Shown here: positions 52,401 through 64,000 of the stretch, piece after piece | Numbering within the stretch: the first letter of the stretch is position 1 | How the letters are laid out: each line of letters begins with the position of its first letter | Assembly (NCBI GenBank): GCA_028826165.1 | Contig: JAPDFW010000075.1 | Span: 186,001 to 250,000 of the forward strand | Source of the DNA: Anaeramoeba ignava BMAN | Taxonomy: Eukaryota > Protista > Anaeramoebae | Direction of reading: 5' to 3' | Length of the DNA stretch: 64,000 nt | Program-made: the position numbers and the translations under genes | The notes under the pieces: model-generated | Seen by the model: the letters and a program-made list of their open reading frames with translations, nothing else | What the model was told of the DNA's origin: nothing | Databases searched by the model: none

Positions 52401-55400
52401 ATCCGTTTGCGATATCCAAGTAATTTTCCACAATAGCAAACAACCCTAATTCAGAGCAGAATATGGAAATGATTTCGCATCCACAGAGTTTGCAGTGGAT
52501 ATCGGGAAGATAGCAATAATGGATAGCTTGGATGATAAAGTTGTTTGCGAATATTGCAAAAGAAACTTCTGAACCGACCTTTTTGATGATTGAAATATGT
52601 TTGTGTATAAGTTTGATTCCAACTTCTTTGTATTTTGGATCCTGCATAATTTCGAGTATTGATTCCGAAATGAAAAACGGCGAAGATAGAGTTTGGAGTG
52701 TGTCTCGGGCTTTCTTCTTGAGATTCTCCTGTAGTTGTGTTTCCGAAAAGCTATTCATTTGATTTGCGAGCAGACTAGTTATTTTGAATATAGTTGAATT
52801 TTGTTGGTCATAAGGACTGTGTGGAGAATTGTGTTTGTGATATTTATTAAAAAGCGCTCGATTTTCTTGGTTGATTTTGGCTTGGATGCTTGTTAAAGGT
52901 GGGCTATCGTTATCACTGTGACTTGTGTTTGTGTTGCTGCTCGTGAATGGACTTTGTGTTCGTGAGTTAAAAATCGGTGAAAAATCCAAATTTGCTTTTT
53001 CTTCAAGAAAAGGACTCAACGGATTCACTGATTTTTGTAATGAGTGTGTGTCATATATTCTTTTCCAAAAAACGTCAGGAAGATGTTTGTGAGCATTAAT
53101 AGAAATGAGAAGATAGGTCAGAAATATGTTATCAATCAACTCGTGAGCTTCGCGTTCAAATAACGGATTTGTATATGTTTTGAACAAAGCGGTAATAATT
53201 TTTTTGAGTAATAATTTTGTTGTGTGATCAACTTTATGCCAATAACTAATGATTTTCTTGAAAATGATCTCATCATTTTCTTTATCTTTATCTTTATCTT
53301 TATCTTTTTCATTTTTATTTTTATTTTTATTTTTATTTTTATTTTCATTTTCTTCTAAATATGACAAATTTTCTTCATAGGCTTCATCTGTTGTAAGAGA
53401 AATTTTTCCAGCTAATCCAAGCAAACATCCTTTTAATAATTGGAAAGCGGAAATTTTTGTTTCATCATCAACTCCGTTTTCGAGAATTTCTATTGAGATC
53501 TCAATACATTCATCGAACCTTATGAACAAATACTGATTTGATGTTTTATCAATTTCTGGGAATTGGAACACAATTTCAAGACCGCTTCTTTCGTATTTAA
53601 ACGGTTTTTTGCTTTGGAATCTGTGTGATTTTGTGTAAAGAAATCTTCTGTTCCACGATCCAAGTTTAGATATTATTGAGAAAGCCTTCGTGGATGATTT
53701 TGATGATCCTGAATCCAAAATGTGGAGCAAAGATTCAAGAAATATTTCTTCAATAGAGCTAATTTTTTCGAAAAGAAATTTCAACTGAACATGGTGAATG
53801 ATATGATCGATAAGTTTCAAGCTCATTATGATTAATTCGTCAGAATTTGAATTCAAAGCGTGTGTTAATTGCTCAAATAAAGGAAGGAGATGTGGTATTA
53901 ATATGGAAATTTGGATCGGGATGTTTAGAAGCAAACGAATGGATTCCAAATGAATATCTTGTGTATGACGGGAAAAATAGGTGCAAATTTCGAGGATCGA
54001 GGGTATGAAACTGAGCAAATAGCTATGCAGCATTTCATATTTTTTCAAAGTAGAAAAAATCATGGTTAGAAATTTGATGAAGTGCATCGAATATTTTGTT
54101 GTTCGTATCAAAACAAAGGATCTTCGGATGATATCTGTAATCATTCTTGAAAAATGATACTGGAATAGTTTTGTTTGGATTTCTTGTTCGAAGCTATCGA
54201 GTGAAGAAAGGAAAAATTCAAAGAATTTGTAAGAAAATAAAACTTTTGGATTCTCAAAATTGCTTTTGTCATTGAGGTGCGATATCAAATAATTGAATAT
54301 CAACTGCGATAAGTTAGCTAAATCACTTCTTTTGAGAAACAAAGCTTTCATTATGATTTCTGGTTCTGTGTATTGGATAAAAGATTCAAGAAACAAATCT
54401 AATATTTTTCCGAACAAAACTTTCTGTGATTTTTCATCAAACATTGAAATGATAAAACCGAATTCTTGATAAAAAGCTGCGCCAATTTGGGTTGATAAAT
54501 TACCGCTAATATTATTTTGATTATTTTCATTTTGATTTTCATTTTGATTTTCATTTTGATTTTCATTTTGATTATCCACAGAAAGAAATAAAAAACATTT
54601 GATTAAGTTTTTAGATAAATTCAAGAATGAGTTGATTCCAAAATTTGTGAAATGAAGCTTGTTCAGATCTTTGGATATTTGAAATAAATTCATACCAAAA
54701 TAGATTTGGCTTTTTTCTCTTGAATTTTCGAAAGGTTTCTCATTTTCATTTTGTTCAACTTGCATTCCAGTGTTTTCCTTTTGTTTTTGATTTTTCAATA
54801 AATTAAATTGCCATTCAAGAAGAAGAGAAAACTGTTGAAGAAGTATTTTTAAGGCTTCTCTAACATTTTCAACATTGTTCTTTTTACTGACCAAAGGAGC
54901 AAAGTTGTGTTTTATTGGTATTTCATTTATAAAATTATTATTGATATTTGTGTCATTCTGACAAGCGTTTATATCATATTCATTTCCGTTGTTTTTGTTG
55001 TTTTTGTTGTTTTTCTTATTTTTATTTTTGTTGTTTTTGTTGTTTTTCTTATTTCTGTTGATCGAAACAAGACTACTTTTGATATTTTTTAGTTTCAAGA
55101 TGATTGAATTGAGCATTTTGGAAAAAATCATATCTTTTTGTTCAATATTAAAAGAGCTTGATTTGACAGTTTCAATGAGATTTTTGAACTCAATTGTTTT
55201 TTGAAGTAAAGGAGCTCTTGCATCAAATAAATTTTTCAGATAGATATCGATAATCTTATTGAGAGATTTGTTTAGGATTCCCTGGCGAGAATACGCGCCA
55301 AGAATTTGAGAAGCAAGAACATAAGAGTATTCCATTTCTTTAGAAGAGTTCCATTCGCCAAGAAGAAGGTTGTCTTCCAAAATCTGCGTATCAAAAAACA

Positions 55401-56301
55401 ATTGTTGCATTTCTTCTTGAATGAAATCCCTGTAATTCATAAGACAATCGAAAACCTCCTTTTTCTCCTTGAATTCATCAAAAGAACGCTCCTTGAAAAA
55501 GGCGATTGATAAGGAAACAACATGCTTTCTGAATTGGATGTCGTTTTTGATACGCGAGCAATAAAGAAAGGAAATTGCCTTTGAGCGGATGTGAATAAGA
55601 TGCGAATAGATATCGATATTGATATTTTGCAAAGGAATATTTGAATTGATTTGTGCAAATTTGAAGACTGATTCATGCAGAATGAAAAGATCCTTTTCCT
55701 GCCAAATATTCCGTTTTGATTTTTTATGAAGAATATCGAAAATGTGCCCGATCGTCTTCAGAATAACCATTTGCTTTTGGGTTATATTTTGGATCGGGGT
55801 TTGATTTGAAAAAGATATGTTGTCCTCAAGCAATCTATAAAGCATGACCATCATTTGGTTGTATAAATGAAGTATATCCTTTGCAAATTTGCTAAAATTG
55901 TCCATCGGAATAAAAAATTCAAGCGTGAGAATCCTCAAAATTAGAGAGAATAAAGCTATTGTTGATTGGGATTGAATGAGGATTCCTTTTGCAAAATCCA
56001 AAACACAATCCAGAATTGGTTTGAAAAGATTCGGATCTAATCCGAATTCGTGGCAACTCATAAGATACTTGTATGTGATTTCCAAAACATGTTTTTGATA
56101 AAATAATTTTTTCGGTTGGTTTGAATCAATTGATGAATCAATTAAAGAATCCTCAAGAAATTGAATAATGTGTGTCTTTAATTTGCTTGCCTTTTCAATC
56201 GTAATTGATTCTATTTTTATCTGTAGTATTTTGAAATTTTCAATCTTTATTTCAATTGGAGTTGATTTGTCAAGAATATTTTGAATTAATTTTATCAACA
56301 T
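43479..56301 (-). CDS. TRRAP: TRRAP/Tra1 PIKK pseudokinase (~4280 aa); frame break between 47300 and 47378
   Basis: Long HEAT-like region. FAT motifs (ELDFLYGLW, GMWEKAQ, LLDSAWK, W.ER.P...D...W). VEIPGQY and VAFRLTPNI. Kinase-like domain lacks the DxxxxN/DFG catalytic motifs. FATC ends LFPWF. Confidence 0.88.
50030..50270 (-). repeat. 27-nt coding repeat (SKSKISEQI)n in TRRAP
   Basis: About 8 tandem copies. Confidence 0.85.
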
Positions 56302-56799
56302 GATTTTTAATAATAATAATATTTTTATTTTTATTTTTATTTTTATTTTTATTTAATAGTTATATAAAATTATTAACAATAAAATAATTTGCTGCTTTTG
56401 TTGGTGTTTTTTTTTTTGATAATTAAAAAATAAAGTAATTTGCTTTGGTTTATTTGGAAGTTTTTTTTGTTTGTGTGAATTTTTTTTATGGATCTGAAAA
56501 TAACTTGTTTTAGAAAAGAAAAAAAAAAAGGATCAACAAAAACAACGAAAGAAAAAAAAAAATGAAAAAAAAATGAAAAAAAAAAATAATAAATTTAAAA
56601 AAAAAATTTTTTTCGTTTTTCTTTTTTTTTGAAATTAAAAAAAAAGAATAAGAAAAAAAAAAACCAAAACCAAATAAATTCCCAAATAAGAAGAAGAAGG
56701 AAAAAAATTTTTTTTCTTCACTTTTCCTTTTTTCTTCATTTTTTAATTTTGATCAAGAATAACAACAAAATTAAATCAAATGAAATTAAATTAAAATTG

Positions 56800-57660
56800 A
56801 AACGAAATTAAATTAAATTTAATTTTATTTTTATTCATTTTTAAATTAATTTTATTTCATTTTTAAATTTTATTTTGTTCCACTTTTTTTAATTTGATTT
56901 CATTTCATTTTTAAATTGATTTTATTTCTAAATTAATTTTATTTTATTTCTAAATTAATTTTATTTTGTTCCACTTTTTTTAAATTAATTTTATTTTATT
57001 TTTAAATTTGATTTTATTTTATTCCACTTTTTTTAAATTGATTTTATTTCTTTTCTAAATTAATTTTATTTCATTTCTAAATTAATTTTATTTCATTTTT
57101 AAATTAATTTTATTTCATTTTATTTCTAAATTAATTTTATTTTTAAATTAATTTTATTTTATTTTTAAATTTGATTTTATTCCACTTTTTAAATTAATTT
57201 TATTTCATTTCTAAATTAATTTTATTTCTAAATTAATTTTATTTTATTTTTAAATTAATTTTATTTTATTTTTAAATTAATTTTATTTCATTTTTAAATT
57301 AATTTTATTTTATTTTTAAATTAATTTTATTTTATTTTATTTTTAAATTAATTTTATTTTGTTCCACTTTTTTTAATTTGATTTCATTTCATTTCTAAAT
57401 TAATTTTATTTCTAAATTGATTTTAATTCATTTTTAAATTAATTTTATTTTGTTCCACTTTTTTTAATTTGATTTCATTTCATTTCTAAATTAATTTTAT
57501 TTTATTTCTAAATTAATTTTATTTCTAAATTGATTTTATTTTATTTTTAAATTAATTTTATTTCTAAATTAATTTTATTTCTTTTCTAAATTAATTTTAT
57601 TTTATTCCACTTTTTTTAAATTAATTTTATTTCATTTTTAAATTAATTTTATTTTATTGA
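56800..57660. repeat. TAAATTAATTTTATTT-type satellite with TTCCACTTTT motifs
   Basis: Directly visible degenerate tandem units. Confidence 0.8.
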
Positions 57661-57886
57661 GAATTAAAAAAGAAAAGAAAATAGTTTCCGTTATTTTTTG
57701 TTTTTTTTTTTTTTGGTTTTTAACGATTTAAAAAAGAAAAATTATTTAAAAATTATTTCTTTTTTTTTAATTGTTTTAAATAAATAAATATAATAATTTT
57801 TAATTTGGAATATAAAAGAATTTAATAAAATTTAACTCTTTTTCATTTTTTCTTTTTCATTTAATTTCTATTTCTCTTAAAAAAAA

Positions 57887-58384
57887 ATGTCACCAGTTTA
57901 TTCAACAAAAAAATCAAATTCTAAATCAAATTCTAAATCAAAATCAAAATCAAAATCAAATTCTAAATCAAAAACAAAATCTAATCCAAAATCAAAATCT
58001 AATCCAAAATCAAAATCATTGATTAAAAATTTGAAAAATAACGAAAAAAAAAATAAAAATTTAATCAAAAATAAGAAGAAAAAAGATCAAAAAAAGAAGA
58101 AAATACAAAAAGAAATTAATTTAAAAAAACAAATTTTAAGTCAAGAAAAAGACAAAAAAAAAGATCAAATAACAGAAAATGAAAATGAAATTGAAAATGA
58201 AAATGAAAATGAAATTAAAAATCAAAATTCAAATCATGATTGGATTTCAAAATTAACAAAAGAAGAACATTTATTGATTTCAAAAAATCCTTCTTTAATT
58301 TCACAATATGAAGAATATCGTCAAGCAACTTCTTCAATTGGTGAACCTTTTTCTTTTTCTGATTTTGCTTCAGTTTTATTTTGA
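57887..58384 (+). CDS. Hypothetical Lys/Ser-rich protein
   Basis: ATG in an AAAA context after a TTTCATTT motif. The C-terminus is non-repetitive (WISKLTKEEHLLIS...FSDFASVLF). Confidence 0.55.
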   Translation: MSPVYSTKKSNSKSNSKSKSKSKSNSKSKTKSNPKSKSNPKSKSLIKNLKNNEKKNKNLIKNKKKKDQKKKKIQKEINLKKQILSQEKDKKKDQITENENEIENENENEIKNQNSNHDWISKLTKEEHLLISKNPSLISQYEEYRQATSSIGEPFSFSDFASVLF

Positions 58385-58744
58385 ATATTATTATTAAAAA
58401 TATTATTATTAAATTTATTATTAAAATGAAAACAAAGAAAATTTTTTTTGTTTTGGGACTTTTTTATTGATTTTTAATAATTAATTTGTTAATCAAATTA
58501 AAAATAAAAATGTTTTTTTCCTTTTTCTTTTGGAATAAAAAAAAGTCCGTTTTTTTTTTTTTTGAAAATCTTATTTCCATCTTTTTAGACAATTAAGGTT
58601 AAGAAAATTGAATTAATTTTTTAAAAAACAAAAAAACAAAACAACAAAAAAAAAACAACAAAAAACAAAACAGAAAGAAAAACAGAAATAAAAACAATTT
58701 CTTTAAACAAAAAAAAAAGAAAAGGATTTGAAGAAGATGGAAAT

Positions 58745-59701
58745 TCATTTTTTGCGGAATGTTTCAAAGACTGGAAGAGATGGAGTAATTTTTCCAAATA
58801 AAAATTGAAGTTGAGTTGATGTTGGATTTATGTTTGAATTTTTTTTCAAATTATAATGAATAAATCTGCATCTTTTTCCATAAGGACAGAAACCAATTTC
58901 ATGGAAAGCTTTACAAATTTGAGTTTTATATTTTGGATGTCTTGGTTTTGGTCTATTAAAATTTTAATTAAAAATGAAAATCGGAAAAAAATTTTTGAAA
59001 ATCGGAAATTTTAATTTAAATGAATTTTATAAATTTAAATTAATTTTATAAATGAATTTTAATTTGTAAATTAATTTAAATTTAATTTTATAAATGAATT
59101 TTATAAATGAATTTTAATTTGTAAATTACCTTAATTCATCTTTTCCATGAGCAAATTGACAAGATTCACCAAATTGACAAGTACCAGTTTCTTCCCAAGA
59201 TCTACATAATTCAGTTTTAAATAAATCATTAACCATAGAAGGATCATTAATAGGAGATTTTTTAGTCTTTTCATTAGTTCGACTTTTCTTTCTTTTATTA
59301 TTCCTTTTTGGAGAATGTTCAACATAATTTTGATTTTTTGGATGAGAAGGAACTGAAGGAGAAACAGAAACAAGAGGTGAAGGTTTGGGTGATTTAACAA
59401 TTTGGTCTTGAAATGATAATTGATTCATCTTGATATTTTCATTTTCACTTTCATTTTCATTTTGATAATCATTTTGATAATCATAATCATAATCATTTTC
59501 ATAATTATAATCATTTTCATAATTATTACTTAATTCCGTTGATTTTTCTTTATTTTCAAATGTGGTTTTTTTTCCATTTTCTTTTTTCATTTTTGGATTG
59601 AATTTTTGATGTGTTCTAAAATAAGGATTATATAAGTTTTGTGATAGTGAAAATGCAAAGTGTGAATAATTTTGATTTGATTCAACCAATGGATTGGCCA
59701 T
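58745..59701 (-). CDS. Tristetraprolin/ZFP36-like tandem CCCH RNA-binding protein; complement(join(58745..58952,59130..59701))
   Basis: LFKTELC-x8-C-x5-C-x3-H, then HPKYKTQIC-x8-C-x5-C-x3-H after splicing. C-terminal LPVF resembles the NOT1-binding motif. Confidence 0.9.
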
Positions 59702-60589
59702 TCGGATATTTTTTTTTAGTTTCTTTTTTTGTGTGTTCAAAATGAGTTTATTTTTTATTTTAAATGTTTTATGTGTTATTTTTATTTTTTATTTATTATT
59801 TTTTTACAAAAATGAGTTAAGTGTTATTAATTAATTAAAAGAATTAATTATAAAATCAAAAAAAAAAAAATAATAGTAAAAAAATGAATTGAAAAATGAT
59901 CAAATTTTTTTATAATTTTTTTCCTTTAAATATTCAACATGAGTTGTTTTTCATATTGAAAGTTTGACATTTGAAAAATATAGTGATATTATTTTTAATA
60001 ATATTTTTTAAAAGATAAAAAGGAAAAAAAGTTTTAATTGGAAAAAATACTTTTTGTTTTTGTTTTTTAAATTCTTAATCGGAACAATAAAATAATATTC
60101 TTTTAAATTTTAAAATTGAATTTTTTAAATTATTTTTTTTGGATTGTTTGTTTGTTTTTTTTTTCAATAAGTGAATATAAATGTAATAATTTAAATTAAA
60201 ATTTATTTATTTTTATTTATTTATTTCTTACTTAATTTTATTTTAAAAATGTTTATCACGTCACTCATTTTTATTTTTATTTTTTCTTTTTATGATCTTA
60301 AATTAAAAAATTTTTTTAATTTAAATTTTTCTTTTATCTCTTTTTTTTAAACCAAATAAAAAATTTTAAATTAAATTTTAAATTAAATTTTAAATTAAAT
60401 TTGATCAATAAAAAAAAATAGAATTGATTTAATTTTAATTTTAAATTTACTTACAAAAAATAAAAGGAAAGTATTTTTCCGATTTTAATTGAAAAATTTT
60501 TTCCGATTTTAAATTAAAAAAAATTTTTTTTTCCGATTTTAATCTGAATTAAAAATTAAATTAAAAATGAATTAAAAATTAAAATTAAA

Positions 60590-62500
60590 AATTGAATTGA
60601 ATTAAAAATTAAATATTGAATTGAATATTGAATATTGAATATTGAATATTGAATATTGAATTGAATTAAATATTGAATTGAATATTGAATTGAATATTGA
60701 ATATTGAATTGAATTGAATATTAAATATTGAATTAAATATTGAATTAAATATTGAATTGAATATTAAATATTGAATATTGAATTAAATTGAATTGAATTG
60801 AATTGAATATTGAATTAAATTGAATATTAAATATTGAATATTAAATATTGAATATTGAATATTGAATATTAATATTGATTGAATTGAAATATTGAATTAA
60901 ATTGAATAGGAATTAAATTGAATATTGAATTGAATATTTGAATCAAAATATTGAATCAAATTTGAATATTAAATATTGAAAATATTGGTAAATATTGAAT
61001 TGAATAATGAAATTGAATTGAATAAAAATGAATGAATTGAATATTGAATTAAATATTGAATTGAATATTGAATATTGAATATTGAATATTTCAAAATTAA
61101 ATGAATTAAATATTGAATATTGAAGTGAATATTGAATTAAATTAAAATTGGAATTGAATATTTGAATTGAAATATTGAATTGAAATTGAAATTAAATTGA
61201 ATTGAATGAATCGAATTAAATAATGTTGAATTGAATCAAATTTGAATTAAATATTAAATGAATTGAATATTGAATTGAATTGAATTAAATTGAATTGAAT
61301 ATTGAATATTGAAATTGAATATTGAATTGAATTGAGTAAATATTAAATATTGAATTGAAATTGAATATTAATTAAATATTAAATATTGAATTGAATTAAA
61401 TATTTAAATATTGAAATTGAAATTAAAATATGAAAAATAATTAAATATTCAAAATATTGAATTGGAATATTGAATTGAATAAATATTGAATATTGGAATG
61501 AATATTAAAATTAAATACGAAATTGAATAAATATTGAATATTGAATATTGAATATTGAAATATTGAATCAAATATTAAAAATGAACCGAATAAATATTGA
61601 ATTGAATATTAAATGAATATTGAATATGAGTGAATATTGAATATTAAAATTGAAATTGGAATTAAATTGAATTGAATTGAATATTGAAATGCTATTGAAT
61701 TAAATATTGAATTGAGAATTGAATATTGAATATTGGAATTGAAATCAAATATTAAATATTAAATATGAAATTAAATATTGAAAATTCAAATTGAATTGAA
61801 TAAATATTCGAATCAAATTAAATATTGAATTAAATTGAATGAAATTAAATATTGAATCAAATATTAAATATTGGAAATGAATATTGAAATCAAAATTAAA
61901 TATTGAATTGAATCAAATATTAAATATTGAATATTGAATTGAATATTGAATTGAATATTGAATGAATTGTGAATATTGAATTGAATATAAAATTGAATAT
62001 TGAATTGAATATTAAATATTAAATATTGAAATTGAATTGAAATGAAATTGAATTAAATATTGAATATTGAATATTAAAATCCAAAATTGAATATTGAATT
62101 GAATATTGAATTGAATTTCAAATATTGAATGGAATGAATATTAAATATTGAATTGAAATTGAATTGAATTGAATTGAATATTGAATTAAATTGAATTGAA
62201 TTGAATTAAATATTGAATATGATTAAATTGAATTGAAATAAAATATTGAATTAAATTGAATATTAAATATTAATTAAATATTAAATATTGAATATTGAAT
62301 TGAATGAATTAAATATTAAATTTGAAAATTATAAATATTGAATTGAATTGAATTAAATTGAATATTAAATATTGAATTGAATATTAAATATTAAATTAAA
62401 TATTGAATTAAATTGAATTGAATTAAATATTGAATTAAATATTGAATTAAATATTGAATTAAATTGAATTGAATTAAATATTAAATTAAATATTTATTTA
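60590..62500. repeat. (AATATTG)/(AATTG)n satellite
   Basis: Mixed 5/7-mer array; the centre is noisy. Confidence 0.9.
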
Positions 62501-62642
62501 TGAATTAATTGTAAAAATATTTATAAATATCAAAATAATTTTATTTGTAAATTTTAATTGTAAAAAAAGAGTTTTTAAAAAAAAAAATGAAAATTAAAAA
62601 TTTCAAAAAAAAATTTTTTTCATTTTTTTTTTCATTTACAAA

Positions 62643-64000
62643 ATGAAAACATTTATAATGGAAACAACACAAAAAACACCACCAGAAACAAACTACAAAT
62701 TAAATTCTACTTTTTTAAAAAAACAACCCTTTAAATCAATCTTAAAAAAAACAACAGAAAAATCAAATAAAAAAGTTAAATTTACAGAAAAATTAAGTGA
62801 AGAATTAGAAGGCATAAAAAAACAAAATCTTTTTAGCAATTTTGAACCTATGATAATTGAGGAGCAAACATTAAATCAAGATGAATTAATATTTAGACAA
62901 AATCTAGATGCGCAAAAAGAAAATGTTCAATATGAAAAAATGAATATAAATATTAAACCTCAATTTCAAGATGATTTTCAAATGGAAAATTTAATTAGAA
63001 ACAATAAGATGATTTATAACAGCAAATTTGCAGAAAATCAAAATCAAAATCAAAAAATTAATGAATATTCAAATGTCTCATTCGAACATATTCAATTTGT
63101 TGATGATTTTCTTGCAAGCAAAAACAAGCAAGATTGGAGTATTTTTCAATTTGGACAAATGCTAGAACAACTTGATCTAGCAAAAAAAAAGGAGAATTTT
63201 GGAGCTGATGATATTCTCCATCAAATTGAAAAATACCAAGAAATTTGTGATAATGAATACCAAATATTAAAAAAATTGCACGCAAGCAAAAAAACACTCT
63301 CGAGAATAAATCAAGCAAAGATTTCGCAGAAAATGATGGTGACAAAAAACGAGAGAGACACTTGGATGCTGCTTCACATGCTCGTCTCGTTTAACTTGCT
63401 TGATTTAAATTATGACGAGGATGCAGATCCCTTTTATCTCGAGAGTATTTTCCAATCTCCTGAGTTTGCGCTTTCTCCTGGATTTATTTCGCAACAGAAT
63501 TTTGTCCGCAAATTCTTCGGGTTGAATGATTTTTTGCAGAGACACCAAATGATAGTCAAATGGCTTGAAAGCGCATTTGATGAAGACAAACTCCAGACAT
63601 CTTTTCCATCCCCATTTGAAAAAACATCATCTCCATTTAAAAAGCAATACACTTCGGAAGAACATGATTTTTTGGAGAGAATTTGGCTTCTTTTTAGAAA
63701 AGGAAAAATGGACGAAGCCGTTGAACTCTGCCGCACAGAAAATCAGCACTGGCGAGCAGCAATTTTGTCAGGAGGAGACTTGATGAACGATCCAAATCAG
63801 GAGAAAAACACCGAAAATCCCGAACAAACAGAGGATTCTTTTGAAATCACAGGATATTTGAACCGTTCGCTTTGGAAACAATCATGTTTGAATCTCTCGT
63901 TGAAATCACAGTCTAAAATCGAACGCGCAATTTATGGATTATTATCAGGAAACTTAGCACAAGTTTTCCCAGTATGCTCAGCTTGGGAAGATTGTTTGTG
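62643..64000 (+). CDS. NUP107: Nucleoporin Nup107/Nup84, 5' part (runs off the window)
   Basis: Open frame from ATG 62643 to the window end. ERDTWMLL, IVKWLE, IWLLFRKGKMDEAVELC....HWRAAILSG, NRSLWKQSC, ERAIYGLLSGNL..V.PVC..WEDCL. Confidence 0.85.
   Translation, partial: MKTFIMETTQKTPPETNYKLNSTFLKKQPFKSILKKTTEKSNKKVKFTEKLSEELEGIKKQNLFSNFEPMIIEEQTLNQDELIFRQNLDAQKENVQYEKMNINIKPQFQDDFQMENLIRNNKMIYNSKFAENQNQNQKINEYSNVSFEHIQFVDDFLASKNKQDWSIFQFGQMLEQLDLAKKKENFGADDILHQIEKYQEICDNEYQILKKLHASKKTLSRINQAKISQKMMVTKNERDTWMLLHMLVSFNLLDLNYDEDADPFYLESIFQSPEFALSPGFISQQNFVRKFFGLNDFLQRHQMIVKWLESAFDEDKLQTSFPSPFEKTSSPFKKQYTSEEHDFLERIWLLFRKGKMDEAVELCRTENQHWRAAILSGGDLMNDPNQEKNTENPEQTEDSFEITGYLNRSLWKQSCLNLSLKSQSKIERAIYGLLSGNLAQVFPVCSAWEDCL

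Noticed and set aside
60860-62330. Sequence heterogeneity in satellite centres suggesting hidden information
   Set aside because: The scattered indels and substitutions look like unpolished read noise in unmappable repeats.

Overview
Very AT-rich eukaryotic (protist) nuclear DNA using the standard code. Compact genes with GT-AG spliceosomal introns are separated by long AT-rich satellites. The gene content, an organellar-type presequence and an intein in RNA polymerase suggest an anaerobic protist such as Anaeramoeba (inference only). Recognisable genes: copine with two C-terminal UBA domains, divergent actin, RNA polymerase III largest subunit (RPC1) carrying a 450-aa intein, DUF5765-like membrane protein, C9orf72 homolog, presequence-bearing TPR protein, Arf1, BTB-BACK-TLDc protein, FG-GAP/FN3 surface protein, SmE, intron-containing tRNA-Ile(UAU), COG8, TRRAP/Tra1, a TTP-like tandem CCCH protein and Nup107 (partial). 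Most notable: (1) a Ser-initiated intein with a decayed LAGLIDADG-like domain in the RPC1 trigger loop; (2) a decayed Crypton-like tyrosine-recombinase element with terminal hairpins sitting inside a satellite; (3) a tandem array built from the tRNA 5' end and its flank; (4) window-wide patterns: an AAAAGTGGAATAAAA motif shared by unrelated satellites, TTTCATTTT initiator-like motifs, an A3-to-T3 codon gradient and nucleosome-scale repeat periods. All family assignments are from motif recognition by eye, not database searches.
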